The notes beneath the pieces were generated by a model. That model made no database searches, was not told the origin of the DNA, and saw nothing but the letters and a program-made list of their open reading frames with translations. A stretch of DNA of 63,977 nucleotides, counting the filler, from Saprolegnia diclina VS20 (lineage: Eukaryota): assembly GCF_000281045.1 (NCBI RefSeq). It is 6 parts of 4 records of this genome, joined end to end, with 100 filler letters (N's around TTAATTAATTAA, not from the genome) between each part and the next. Parts side by side here need not be neighbours in the genome. Positions count along the whole stretch, not along the records: positions 19,857 to 48,313 come from NW_008246152.1; positions 48,414 to 53,982 come from NW_008246152.1; 4 more parts are not named here. The stretch is one strand, 5' to 3'. This document shows, piece after piece, positions 37,261 to 49,661 of the stretch. How positions within the stretch are numbered: position 1 is the first letter of the stretch; every line of letters begins with the position of its first letter. Position numbers and translations under genes: made by a program.

Positions 37261-37774
37261 CTACGTTCTTTTGTTGTAGATGTAGGAGGATGGAGAGACT
37301 ACGTACGTTGTTTTTGGCGTTGAGATCGGCGTTGGCGTCCAAGAGGAGACGCACAACTTCGAGATGATTGTATTTCGCAGCGCAGATCAGAGGTGTATCT
37401 CCAATCTACCGATCGTTGAATTTCAATTGCAATCAAAAGACAATTGAGAAATATCGATCGACGTACACAACGACCTTCCGTCGAGACGTTCTTCTTCAGC
37501 AAGTAGTCGACGACGGTCGTTCGACCATAGCAAGCAGCAAGGCACAATGCATACTACGACCAAATTCATACAAATCTACAAATCTATCGATAGAGAAGAC
37601 GACGTACACCATTGTTGTAGTTGGGGTTGACGCCTTCCTTCTCCACGAGCCGCTTCACGTCGTCCAGTCGACCGCCACTTGCAGCCACTCTGAGCTCCTC
37701 CTATGTAATCACAGGCGCAGTCGGTCGCTTCCTTCTTCATCTCTTCGCCCATGTACCTCCTTGGACGTCGTCAT
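37261..37774 (-). CDS. Ankyrin-repeat gene 5' exons, running into a gap
   Basis: MTTSKE|EELRVAASGGRLDDVKRLVEKEGVNPN|..AACYGRTTVVDYLL|GDTPLICAAKYNHLEVVRLLLDANADLNAKNN. Confidence 0.75.
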
Positions 37775-38172
37775 GGTCCTCGCGGCCGTCAACGTCCAAA
37801 ACGAAAATGATCAAATAAAACGCCCCTTCCAATCACATGCCGTCATTTCCAAACCTCGCATGGGATTGGACAAAATACACACCAATCATTGCCACGTCCC
37901 TTGTCGCTCGGTTGTGACATTGGAGCTCAATGGCAGTACTCGTCGCTTTTGCAGCGTTCGTGTACAAGTACGTGCGTGCAAGGAGGTATATTCTTCAATC
38001 ACCCTCGACATTGCGATCTTCCGACGTCGTACACCATTATCCACTTCCAGAGTCGGTACACCGGGCCACATCATTTTTATCCGTATCCCTTACTTTATCC
38101 GGATATAGTGCCCCGGGCTACGAAAGTGATTTGCCATATGCTTCGCCACTCTTTACGATGGGCAGCAAGCAA

Positions 38173-39615
38173 GAGGACGCCCGGTCACCCAGGGGGGTCG
38201 CCCGGAACCCACTGGTTGACCCACCAGGTCGGCCGCCCCCCGCCCCCCATACATCCCTATTTGTAGAAAACCCGCGGGTTTACGGGGCCGGGCCCCGAGC
38301 TGACCAATCACATGCGTCCATTTTTTAAGCAACCAATCACAGCAAGCAATGTCTTTTGCAACCGATTCCCCTCTCCCGTGCTGGCAGCGTACTGGGATAC
38401 TGGACCGCGACTTAACGTACAATCGCGGAGCTCGACGATGGCGTCGATGTCGACTACACCCGTCCGATCATACACCAGCTCGAGCCGGCGCTGCTCAAAG
38501 TCGTCAACCACGCCTCGAGCACGATGGCTGACATCCTCAAGGACCGGGACCTGGGCATGAAGGCTGCCGACACGTCAGTTTTCTGTTGACAGTTCGACGC
38601 GCTCGCGGATTTCCGCACAGCTTTCGGCGAGTTCGTTACTCCGCGCACTCGAGCTAAAGGTATGAAAATCTCTTACGTGAACTCGCTAATCAATTACATA
38701 GACAATGCTGCCTCCGTTGATCCAGGTATCGACTAAGTCGCGGTCGAGAACGAGTCGCAGATCGACGAGCTGCTCGGCGCCGTAGCAGTATTTCAAGCTG
38801 GCGATCTCCCGGACGTCCAAATCGGTTTCGACGCCAACGAGACCAGTCTTCCCAAGGTCAGCCAGTCCCCCTCGATGAGCGTCGTCTCTGGTACCATTCT
38901 CCCACAACGCTTGCTTTCGGTACAATGACGACGTAGCTCTTCAAGTGCCTTCGGTTCTTGCACTCTTCGAGTCCACGGCCAACTGCTTGCGTAATTTACC
39001 CGCGAAGGAGAACGGTCAGCGATGTGCTCCGTGCCATTTTGTGACGTCAATATAGGGTCGGCAAACATGGAGGCCAAGTTCAACTTGCTTGCAGGAAGAT
39101 GGTGCAAGAAGGCCCCCAAGCTGGTGGAGACTCCGACGACGTCGGCCTTTCTCAAGAGGAACGTCATCGTCGCAACCGCCAAGGGTCGGTATTGGCACCT
39201 CTCCGTGTACGTCAAGTCGTACGACTAGTGACGCATCGAGTCGTCGGCCAGCACCACCAAGTCCACCATGATCCACGCGTGTGGGGTCGAGTGGGACATC
39301 TTCCAGCATGTGCTCAAGAGCAACAACGACTACGTCTCCTTCCGCGGCGACGAAGTAAAGGCCGTTTTCAACACCGTTTGAATATTAGATATCTCCATTG
39401 TACTCTGTCTGTCCTCCAACATGATTGAACACACGCAGTCCAACAGGACGCCGGTCACCCCGGGGGGTCGCCCGAAACCAGCGGGTTCGGCTTTTTTGGC
39501 CCCCGACCCCCCACCTGAGGCCCATTTTGACCCGCGGGGTCGTCCAAAATCCCTTACGACCCCCGAAATTTGTCCTCGGCTATTGTAACAGATACAGGGG
39601 TGGCCGGGCGTCCTC
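38173..39615. mobile_element. 1443-bp non-autonomous DNA transposon with 18-bp TIRs and a 6-bp TSD
   Basis: GAGGACGCCCGGTCACCC (38173-38190) matches the reverse complement of 39598-39615 with one mismatch. AAGCAA flanks both ends (38167-38172, 39616-39621). An internal direct copy of the left end sits at ~39445-39480. Confidence 0.8.
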
Positions 39616-39945
39616 AAGCAAGCGTATCACCTGCGCCGCGCCAGGGCAGCTCTTGAGACCAAGCGCCTGCGCTAGGCGACGTTATCAAACAGACCGACGA
39701 AGAAGGTGACGTCCGCCTTGCCAACTTGTACAAATACACATGCTTTGATCCACCACTTTGACACCAACTGAATTCCATTAGGACGAATCGCTCGCATACA
39801 AAGTCGGGATCATCGATGTTGACAGCGATGACGAGCTCGATCTATGGAGCCCACTCGATGCGCCGGGCGAAGCTGTGCAGGTACACCCAAGGGCCGTCTC
39901 ACGATCCTACGCGAGCGCGAGCTGCTCGGCCTCGCCGAGATGATC

Positions 39946-40420
39946 TCTAGTCATTCTGAGACATGTGCTGCACCGGCGCTACCTTCATTGCAGCGACGCT
40001 ACCTGTGGCTGCAAATCGTTTGATCCACAGCCGATCGAAGTACGTCCAGCAGTAGTAGCCTTCATGCGCCGCAGCTGCGTCTCCGCGCCGCGTTGTTTTC
40101 ATGGATGGAACACTGGCGTCGTGGCGCGGCAGTGACGTCGGTGGAAAAAGCGTGGCAATTGTGGGCACCGACGCCGACTGCGATGCCTACCAGCTTATCG
40201 ACGTCGGCTCAAGTCAAGCTAAAACTCTTTGTCTTGAACTGGCGTAATGCCCGCGCCGTCTGGGCGTTCTACGCTTGGAAACACAGACATCGAATGCAAA
40301 CGTAAGGACAATCTAGAGCTCTTGCCTGTGCTATCCATCTCCAGCGCTTGGACGTACTTTAGTGGCTTTTACAAGCTCCGTCGGGGTCGCCACTGTCGCC
40401 CACGCCATGGGCGATGTCAG
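39946..40420 (+). repeat. Duplicated 3' end of the 32650 ankyrin gene (second copy at ~40785-41134)
   Basis: Starts with the same ..CTGAGACATGTGCTGCACCGGCGCTA sequence that ends the contig at 37160. The reading ..AVWAFYAWKHRHRMQT* occurs twice (40093-40305 and ending at 41023). Confidence 0.7.
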
Positions 40421-41134
40421 TGCGGGCTTTCCTACAGTACCCTGTTCCATATTACTACATGTAGTCCGGTTTCTCGTATAACCTTTCGTGCCGATAATAG
40501 CACCACCATATAAGGTTAAATGCTGACAACAAACGCCCACATATCCATATCCATGCCTAGTCCAGAACTATCGACTACGTTCTTATATCCAGTCGTTGGT
40601 CTGTGCAGCTTGTGGCTCGGACTTAGCCGTGGTTGGCCCGGCGGTGCGTGCCTTCGTAGGCCGCTAAAAAGNNNNNNNNNNNNNNNNNNNNNNNNNNNNN
40701 NNNNNNNNNNNNNNNNNNNNNNNNNNNNNNNNNNNNNNNNNNNNNNNNNNNNNNNNNNNNNNNNNNNNNNNGTGTATGCGTTTGCACCGCAGCTGCGGCT
40801 CCGCGCCGCGTTGTTTTCGTGGATGGAACACTGGCGTCGTGGCGTGGCTGTGACGACGGTGGAAAAAGCGTGGCAACTGTGGGCACCGACGCCGACTGCG
40901 ATGCCTACCAGCTTATCGACGTCGGCTCAAGTCAAGCTAAAACTCTTTGTCTTGCACTGGCGCAATGCCCGCGCCGTCTGGGCGTTCTACGCTTGGAAAC
41001 ACAGACATCGAATGCAAACGTAAGGATAATTCAGAGCTCTTGCAGTACTATCCATCTACAGCGCTTGGGCGTACTTTGGTGGCTTTTACAAGCTTCGTCG
41101 GGGTCTCCACTGTCGCCCACGCCATGGGCGATGT

Positions 41135-41505
41135 GGGAATTTGCAAAAGGCGTCATGGCTTGGGTACCTTTCTGCAGATTTCTGCGAAACACGTCATGAA
41201 TACGTCATGAACTCTTGTGAGCCCACCTGGCAAGTCGGACAATCCCGGAAATTCCCTTAAATAAGTATCGCAATGCACTTGACGATTTTTTTTCAAGTCG
41301 TCCAGCACGCGCATTGCTGTCGCACGTCAAGTGGAATGGATGCACACATAGAAGGGGGATGACCTTAGGCGATACTTATTTAAGGGAATTGTCGGGATTG
41401 TCCAACTTGCCAGGTGGGCTCACAAGAGTTCATGACGTATTCATGACGTGTTTCGCAGAAATCTGCAGAAAGGTACCCAAGCCATGACGCCTTTTGCAAA
41501 TTCCC
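41135..41505. mobile_element. Fold-back MITE with ~137-bp TIRs and a ~97-bp spacer
   Basis: 41135-41271 (GGGAATTTGCAAAAGGCGTCATGG...TAAGTATCGC) is a near-perfect inverted copy of 41369-41505. No TSD seen. Confidence 0.8.
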
Positions 41506-41701
41506 CGCATTCCACCCATCTACGGCCACCGTTTGCATGAATGACGTCTTCGAGCAGCAACAGGTTCTCGGCGACCAGCGAGCACACCGATCTGAGGGGC
41601 ATCGTTGTGCGAGCAGCTTCCACTGCACACGAACCTACGAGTGAAACTACATGTAGCGTCAAAGATGCAAAATTGTTTGGTTCGAAATGCAGAGTACAAC
41701 A

Positions 41702-44700
41702 CTATATGTGTTTTTCATGCGGCGTCGGCTCGGGCGGTGGCGTGGGCACGACATGATCGTCTTTGTCCTCGAGGTGGGCGGCCAAAATCTCGACGACGTG
41801 GGCTGCAGACGGGCGCTCCGTCGGGTCCACTGCCAAGCACCGCGTGGCCAGCGTCTTAAACCACATGGCGCAGTGGGGCTGGATGGTTGCGGTGACGTTC
41901 CCATGGCCACAAATGTCCTCGGTACTGCTGTCGTACGGTGTGCGGATCCACGTGAGCTCGGCCAAGACGACGCCAAACGAGTACATGTCTGCCGACGTAT
42001 CATACGCGCACTCTCCTTCGTCACCCCGACGCGTGACTTCGGGCGCCATCGTCTGCGGCGTCCCGACGTTGCTGGTCATCGTCTCATCAACGGATCGGAG
42101 CGTGCCAAAGTCGCCGAGCTTGACGCCGTTCGTCGTGCAGAGGAAGACGTTTTTGCTCTTGACGTCGCGGTGGATGCACTCGGCGGCGTGGATATCGGCC
42201 AGTGCGTTGGCAACTGCCCACGCCACTTGTACGACAGGGAAATCCTTCGTCACAAATGTCCCGTGGCGCTTGTTCTCGATGTATTTGTACAGATCGCCAG
42301 CGTCCATGAGCTCGAGCACCATGTGCGGCTTGCCATTCGCATCGTCGAGTACCGTCAGCAGCCGCACGAGGTACGGCGAGCGCAGTCTACAGCTCGTTGG
42401 TTCCATTCGGGTTGAGAGTCATAGAACACGTACCGGCGTGTGGTTTCGATCTCTTCCCGAAAAGCTTTGATTACTCGCGGAATGGTATTCTTGCACGTCT
42501 TGACAGCAACCTCGTCGTTCTTGTACGTTGCACGGCGGACCAAACCACTTGCACCTTCACCAAGGACTGCGTCCAGTTGAACGTCACCAAAGTTGATTGT
42601 CGCAGCCCACGTCTAGCACGATACGTTAGCTGCGCTTCATCAACCTCAAGTCGACCTTGCTGAGGACCTCATAGACCTTGTCGTCCATTAATTTCGTAAT
42701 CGCTCGATTCGGGCGTTGCGCTGCGGCCGCCAAGATCGTCGGTCCATTGTCCTACGCACTCGGTTGGTCAAACAAGAAGCGTCCAACCCGTCTACCGGCA
42801 GCGTTTGCATGACGTTGGCGCCTGCTTCCAGCAGCAGCTCAACGGCTTCCTCACGGCCATCGACGACTGCACGCATGAGCGCCGTATAGTTGGCCTACAA
42901 GAGGTTGAGAACGGTGTCGATGAAGGGGGCACAAAGCGCACCGTGTTGCGCTGCTCGACGTTGAGGCGGTTGACGCGTTTTGCGCGAAGCACCACTCGCA
43001 GTACGTTCAAGCTCTCGGGCAGCGACAAGGCCATGTGCAGCGGCGGGTCCTTGTTCTACACGAAAACTTAGTTGAGTAGACTTGAATGGTTGATACCGGC
43101 GGTGCAATGGAAATGTCGGCCTCGAAGGCGATGAGTGTTTCGACCGCTTCTCTGTTCTTGCTCTGAATCGCGACCGCCACGGGCGTCAAGCCGTCCTACA
43201 CCAGTCGTCCCATTCAAGTACGTTCGATAAGGTTCATACCGCGTCCGTGCTGTTGATGCAGTGGCCCAGCGGAAAAAACATCATACCGAGCACTGCGGAC
43301 GACGCGCACTCGGCGGCAATGTGCCATGGCAAAAGCGCCTACTCGTAGTCTGCGTCAACAACTTCGCCACACAATGTGCAAACCTCGGGGGCGACCCCGC
43401 CGTTGGTCGCGGCAAAGGCCTGCAGGATGCTCGACACCATTGTCCAGTTGTGTGTTTCTTTGTTCATCGTCTCTTTCAGTGCCGCTCGACCAGCCTACAC
43501 AGAGTGATACCACCTCTGCGACTCGAGAGAGTGATACCTCTTTACGCAGCGACGCGTCAATGCCCGTTGCGCGAAAGAGCGTCGTGATCAATTCCTTGTC
43601 GTTTGCGCCGACAGCCGCACGCCATATCGTCTCCTACAACCACACATATCGTCGTCAAGTGCCAGTCCATGTCGAGATGATTGCGGATTGACACACCACG
43701 ACACAGGCATCCGTGACAGCAACCCCTTGGTTCAGCAGCGTCATGACAAGCAGCCAGTCGTGGGCGTCGGCAGCTTCGACAAGCCGTGCTTCCTAATGCC
43801 ATCCTCCATGAGCGCTCGTTCCATTCGCATCGTTGACACCTGAATGAGTTGTCGAACAAGCTCGAGCTCCGCTGCAATGTTCTCCAAAAACTCTGTCAAG
43901 ACAGCGCCGGTCGCCAAATCTTTGGCTGTTTGTCCAGCCTACATAGGATATGTACTTTGTCGAATCGCGCATAGCAAGCAGCGTACCGTGTTGCGCAGAC
44001 ACACATGGTCTCTGGCCGCCTCGAGCTCCTTTTCACGAGCTTGCAGCGCGTCCCGTGCCTTGTCGATCGGCTCGAATGATGGTAGCAGCAAGGTGACGAG
44101 GTGGTCGACGAGTTTCGCGTGGCCTTTTGCGGCCGCCAGCATGAGCAACGTCGAACCCTCCGCCCCCTACGCACTCGATACCATCCACACGTGCGGACGA
44201 GCGAGTTCATACATGAGCGACCCAGAAGAGATCGTAGTGTTTTTCTTGCAAGTGTTCGAGTATGCCCAGATGGCCGGCGGTTGCTGCGAGGATCGCCATG
44301 CCCTATAGTCCATCATAAGTCTACCGCTCGACGAAAAGCAGCGTGTGTGCTACTATGGGATCCGATGCGAGTGTCGATGTCCAATCGTCGGTCGTCATAT
44401 GAGGCAAAAGCACAGTCGCAACTCGCATGTCCCGCTGCCCAACGGCCTCGGCGAAGCAAGTGCTGAGCGCCGCCATGTCGGGCGATGGCTGTGCGAGCAC
44501 TGCTTTGACGATCCCTGCAGTGATATCCGAGTTGCCACTGCGAGCCGCCAAGAGCAAGGGCGTCACACCCGCCTACACCAACGCGAATTCATTCCGTCAT
44601 ATCACGTGCAAGCGCCCAAACCGTAGTGATAGCCAGAGGGTTCGCGCCGTCGCCCAGTAGCAGTGTTGCCATCGCAGTGCGCGCAGCCACGTCACTAGAC

Positions 44701-47700
44701 TCGTTGGTCGGGTCGATCGCCACATACAGCGGCGTCTCGCCACGCTAGCGACACAAAATCGACATGAGCCCACAAGAGTGCAACGGCAAGTGTTACCTCG
44801 TTGGTCGCATCAACAATGCCTTGAAACTGCGAGAGAAGACGTTTGGCAACGTCGATTTGGCCCTTGCGAGCGGCCGTGCGCAGCGCGGCGCCAGTCCACA
44901 TGGCCTGCAGATCATGCACCGGGGTATCGTCTTCAGCCAAGACGTGCTAGCCATCGTCGTGGGACAACACGATCGAGCCGACGTGAGTACCTTGTCGCAC
45001 GCGAGGACGTCAGCGTAGGCTTGCAGAATGTGCCACGCCGCCTCAAATTGCTCCAGCTCGAGCGCGAGCGAGTGCAGCATGCGTACGCGGGCCGCATCGC
45101 TCGTGACAACCGAGACGGCCAGCAACCGGTCGCAGGTTTCCCAGTGACCGAGACGCATGGCCACGACAGGCAGCGCCACACCCTCCTACGACGACGCCCT
45201 GTGCGACAACCAAGGCACGGCAGAGAGATTGTACCACGGTGAGCCCACTCGGGTCGACGCCAGCAGCAAGCAGGTCCGTGACCGCACCGACATCATTTTT
45301 GGGAACGGCATCGCACAACGCTTTTGCCTGTACATCACGGAGCTTGCTATCACGTTGTAGCAATGGCATGCAATCTACCTGGGCAGCGGCTTCCTGTGCG
45401 CGCGCGAGCGCTCGGTTCCGCGCGTCGGCTTGGGCCGTGCGCAAGGCCTTGACGACTTTCTTGTCGTTTGCGATTTGCAAGGGCGTCTCACGGTCCTACA
45501 GGTATCTCACTATCATGGACAAAGGACGGGGCAAGCGGTACCAAGGTTTCGGCCACCACGTTGGCACCGACTCGCACGAGGTACTCGACAGCTTGGATGT
45601 GGCCCTCGTGGGCTGCAACATGCAGCGGCGTCCAGCCCCGCTACACACAGTCGCTCATCGGTACGGTGTAGTGGGACGTTGAGCGCTTCTACCGTGTCGC
45701 AAGCCTCGACCTTGCTGCCGCTCGTGACGAGGTGCTTGAGAAGATCGGTGCCCACGCGACGCGACGTGGCCACATGCAGGAGCGTGCCGTCCTGCTACAC
45801 ATAGCAACGTATCGCACCTACGAACGGATGCTCTTTCGTCAGCACGTACGAGCCTCTTGTGCTCGAGCGAGGCCCCATGGTGGAGCAAGCGCGCAACGAC
45901 GTTCGTGTGACCACTTTGAACGGCGAGGGCGACGGGCGTCCATCCGTCCTACACGTATGCACTCAGCGGCCGCTACAGGGTGCTCAAGTGTCCACATCAT
46001 TCGCTTCGTCAATCGTCCGAGCGGCGGTAGGGGCCACGAGGTGGTCGAGAAGAGCGATATGGCCGTTGGCCGCTGCGTTGTGCAGCGGTAGATTTCCCTT
46101 CTACGCTGGCAAATGCATACTCCAATCCCACACAAGCAGCACGAACGTGATCGCGGCAACGACAAAGCAGCGCATTCTTCTCGAGTAGGAGCACGGCCAT
46201 CGCTTCCTCGCCATGCGTGGCCGCCACGTGCAGCGCCGTCCGCAAGGTCTACGCTGCGGCGTGGTATGCAGCAACAATGAGCGACCTCCGCACCTCGTCC
46301 GTCGCGGTGGCGCGCACCCCCATCGCGAGCAGCTTGGCAACAACACCAGTGTCACCCGAGGACGCCGCGCGGAGCAGCTGCGCGCTAAACATAAACGCGT
46401 CTGGCGACCGAACAAACGCCGCGACCGTCGCCTGCAACTCAATAAGTATTGCCAATGTCGGGCGAGGGCATGCGTACCTCGGGCAGATGCTTCCATTCTG
46501 CGTTGGCAAGAACCAGCGCCAGCGCCATGGTCGCGCTCTTGTTGGCAATCGCGCGGTCCAGAGGGGTTTGATTCTACACGTGCGTTGCTGCTCATAAGGT
46601 TCGTGCCATCCGATACCTCGTGCTCGACGTTGATGCTTTTGAGAGACTTGGCCAAGACAGCTTGCAGCATCTCGGTGCTGTTGCGCTCGACAAGGACATG
46701 CAGAAGCGGCGCGCCGGCCTACGCCCGTGAGATCACGGCAACACCAACGGTCGTACGTTGTTGCACATGCCGTCGACGTCGACGTCCAAAAGCTTGGTGA
46801 AGCCGTCAACGTTGTGGTCGCGCACGGCTCGAAACAGCTACCGGAATATTGTTGGTATACATATATATGTTGGAGCTCGCCGGCGCACCGCGTGGCGTGT
46901 AAGCCGGTGCAAGATCACCGTGCGCTGCAACGCCTTGGCCAGCATCCGAGGGGTCTTGCCCGCCTAGCAAAACATGCATGAGGATGTCATATTCCTTTCG
47001 TCTGCCTACGAGGTTGGTAACCGAGAGGGACGCGTCGGCGTCCAGCAGCCGTTGGACGACATCAATGCGATCATTCTCGATCGCAACATGCAGCGGCCGC
47101 ATGGAGCCCTACCATCGGTCTCCATCCACCCTTTGATGACGCATCCGGCGCGGCTACCGCATCCACGTTGGCCTTGTGCGCCACAAAGAGGTCGACGAGT
47201 GCGACGTTGCCGTACTTGGCTGCGAGATGCAGTGGCTGGCACAGTGTCTTCTACGCGCAAGCATTCTAGTTCAAGATATGAAGTTTGGGTAACGCACGGT
47301 GCGCTCCTTGACGTTGGCGTCGACGTTGACGCTCGCACTGGCTCGCAAGAGCTGGTCGACAATGCCAACATGCTGCTTGGCTGTCGCGACCAAGAGTGCA
47401 GTCCAGCCGTTCTAGCAACGATTTGCTCCTCCCATAAAAAGAGAATATGTCATCTGTACCGTTCGCGCAGCGACGTCGATGGTTGCGCCCGCAGCCACGA
47501 GCCGGGCGACGACCTCGCCGTGGTCCTTGGCGGCCGCCTTGTGCAGCGCGGTGCGACCCGTTTTCTAGGAAACATACGATCCTTCCTAGTGTCTCGTGTG
47601 GACGCACCTCGTCTTGGACGTCGACGGGAACACCTTTTTCTAACAGCGAGGTGACAGAAGCAAGGTCGCCATCACCAGCGGCAAGCAAAAATCGTTGACT

Positions 47701-48313
47701 CGCAGTGGCTTGAGCAGTTGCCAGGGCGCCAACGACGTCCGAGTGTCCCTGCTGTTGCGCAAGTGCCAATGACGAGTCACCTTCCTACGCCAATAAGACA
47801 TTTTCCAAACTTGGTAGCCATCATGTTCGTACCACGGTTGTGGCAAACACATTAAAGTCCCTTGCCACGAGCGCCTGCACAACGTCGAGATTTCCTTGCG
47901 CCGCCGCCACATGCAGGAGCGTTTGGCCCTTTGAATATATTGCCTTTGAGGCTATATGTCTCGGAGATACGTACGCTGGCCGTGGCACTCGCCGATGCTC
48001 CTGAATCAAGCAATCGCTCGACAATGTTGGCGTGGCCCGCTTTGGCCGCCACGAATAAAGGCACCTCGCCGTCCTGTATCAAGTTGATACATTCATTTAT
48101 AAGTGAAAGAAGTGTGCGTACGTTGTTGGTGCAGTCGAGACCACTGCTGTCGGTCGAATCCTTGAGCAGGTGATCGACGACGGTCAAGTGACCGCTGGCG
48201 GCCGCAAGGTGCAGCGGCAGATTGCCTCGCTAGTTAGTGTGGAATATGAAAGGTTGGTTGAATGTAGAGGGATGGAATACATGGTCGCTGTGCAGAGAGA
48301 GCGATGGGTCCTT
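41702..48313 (-). CDS. Large ankyrin-repeat TKL-like protein kinase (5' end in gap; many introns)
   Basis: A long run of ankyrin exons, then a canonical kinase: LGEGASGLV, VAVK, MVLELMDAGDL, HRDVKSKN, DFG, MAPE, ADMYSFG. The single-gene status of 43.2-44 kb is inferred. Confidence 0.8.
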
Positions 48314-49661
48314 NNNNNNNNNNNNNNNNNNNNNNNNNNNNNNNNNNNNNNNNNNNNTTAATTAATTAANNNNNNNNNNNNNNNNNNNNNNNNNNNNNNN
48401 NNNNNNNNNNNNNCGTTTCCAGCCTGTGCACGACGACGACGAAGGACCTGTTGCAGGTCCTGGACCATATATCTTTTTTACCAAACATCGATGCTCAGCT
48501 TGAGATCGAGGATGACATGGTCCCAATACGAGTGCAAGTGCTCGTTTGCAGATAGTAGCGTCGACACCGTTCGACTTTGCATTTCTCGACGTCCTTTTTG
48601 CGCAGTGTCGGCGTTGAAGCCGCACTGATTCGTATCTCGGCCCATTCCCGCGTCGACCAATACGAATCCTCGTGTAGAGTTACTACGAGTACCAATGGAC
48701 GCCGTCGGGCATGACTGGACCGTTGGATTGGTCTCTGGAATAATAGGGCTCGATCTCGCGTTCGATTGCGTGTAAAGGGTACTGCAACTCGCTTCAAGCA
48801 GCACCCGACCACGTTGGCGTCGCACACATCGTAGCTACGACACACAACCGTGTCCTGTACTCATAAACCGCACATACAGTACGTAGCTGTATATACTTGC
48901 GGAATACTCGAATATGCAGTGGAACGGCCGAAATCGCTTCGGTTCCCCTTTTTTTGTCCGACATTCAACGAAGAATGCATCTTATAGTACAGCGTTGCAA
49001 CCAAATCGGCCTCAAAACAACTCGGCAAGATCCCCGGCGGCAAAGCAGAAGCACACTTGTGTAGGGCCGGTGCGCACATCTCCGTCTCCGTGTACGTCAT
49101 AAGCTTTGCAAGCGCGACGCCGAAGGGTAAACAGCGATTGATCTCTGCGCAATCTGTCGTCGGCGATAACTCCATGCCCAATCTGTCCTTGTCCAGATGT
49201 GGCGTAGCCAAACCACATCTGGCGCCAGCACAAGTCTGTGCTGGAATCAAACCGGTCGACGCCAATCGCACTGCAATGTGTGCACGAATCATTCCTGCGT
49301 AGTCCCGCGCATCTGCAGCGACAACCTTGGTACGTAGAGCGTGGACGCAGCACCCATGGACGGACAAGTCGCTCCCGTCCTCGCGTTCTTTCCCATCCAC
49401 CCGCAGCCAAAGCCATGCAAGTCGGATCCTGGTGTCGGCCACGGATGACGCCGTGGGCATCATGTCCTGCACATTTTCGTCGCGCCGACCAAATTTGACC
49501 AATCCACGCGTACCATCCTGTCGATTCCACGCCCGGTGCCATCCAGGTGGCGCGCCGGCATCAGCTATGCGGCCTGCGATACACGGGTGCACGAGCTTCG
49601 TTTCTGAGACGATGGCAACTTGGTCATTTTGGAATTCGGTCGTCACCGCCCACGAGCTCGA

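Noticed and set aside
48414..49600. Short overlapping ORFs upstream of the first SLC1 gene
   Set aside because: No codon bias, motifs or consistent splice model; treated as intergenic or decayed sequence.
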